From NCBI RefSeq assembly GCF_009914755.1, contig NC_060947.1: a stretch of DNA of 64,000 nucleotides; one strand, 5' to 3'. Made by a program: the position numbers and the translations under genes. Below, one piece after another: positions 63,646-64,000 of the stretch; within the stretch, counting starts at the first letter, position 1; every line of letters starts with the position of its first letter. The notes under the pieces are model-generated. The model did not search any database. It saw only the letters and a program-made list of their open reading frames with translations, and was not told where the DNA came from. The DNA is from the human T2T-CHM13v2.0 reference genome, Homo sapiens.

Positions 63646-63690
63646 GAAGAGGGGGCTATAGACCCAACTCTCGTTATGGAAATACTTATG
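63646..63690 (+). CDS. XG: XG exon 8 (45 nt; GRGGYRPNSRYGNTY-G), cassette exon of the longer isoform
   Basis: Acceptor ctgcag|GA, donor TATG|gtaaag, in frame. Its alternative status is recalled from XG isoform annotation, not seen in the sequence. Confidence 0.9.
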
Positions 63691-64000
63691 GTAAAGGAAT
63701 TATGTCTTACAGAATATGTGAGGCAAAACTGTCCATTTGCAAATAACTAACACACTGTCTGCACTGATGGGAAGCTGATGCTTTCATCCAGTGCACAACC
63801 AACTGGCCGTTCGAGTCTCTCATTTGCATTTTCCTTGGTCATCCATGCTGGGGGGAGATGTTGTGCATGCCCTGAGGACTTCATTTCTTCAAAGGAACTA
63901 TGGCCCACTTACAGGTGTTACTGGGTGCATGTGTGTGCACATGTGTGTGTGTATACATATGTGTTCACACACAGGTATGCTTGTGTGTATTGTGTGTGCA

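Overview
Human genomic DNA at the Xp22.33 pseudoautosomal (PAR1) boundary. It carries most of the XG blood-group gene (CD99 family) on the + strand. Eight small coding exons can be read directly: 9264-9324, 27546-27587, 31654-31677, 38997-39059, 46587-46649, 51479-51547, 54254-54304 and 63646-63690. All have canonical GT-AG borders and phase-1 junctions. They splice to MESWWGLPCLAFLCFLMHARGQRDFDLADALDDPEPTKKPNSDIYPKPKPPYYPQPENPNSGGNIYPRPKPRPQPQPGNSGNSGGYFNDVDRDDGRYPPRPRPRPPAGGGGGGYSSYGNSDNTHGRGGYRPNSRYGNTYG, and the transmembrane exons lie beyond the window. Exons 4-8 are present, so this is the X-type arrangement (the Y copy stops after exon 3). The boundary falls inside a PABL solo LTR near 38400. 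Also visible are an intact AGATAA about 3.7 kb upstream of the start site (the known Xga/CD99 erythroid GATA1 switch), which sits inside a MER58B-type DNA transposon, and an LTR6B-type solo LTR inserted in an Alu about 5 kb before the boundary. The rest is dense in Alu, ERV/MaLR LTRs, old L1 fragments, DNA transposon fossils and simple repeats. Nearly all ORFs in the supplied track are repeat artefacts. I see no new protein-coding system. The best leads are regulatory and structural, and repeat subfamily names come from recalled consensus sequences and need RepeatMasker confirmation.
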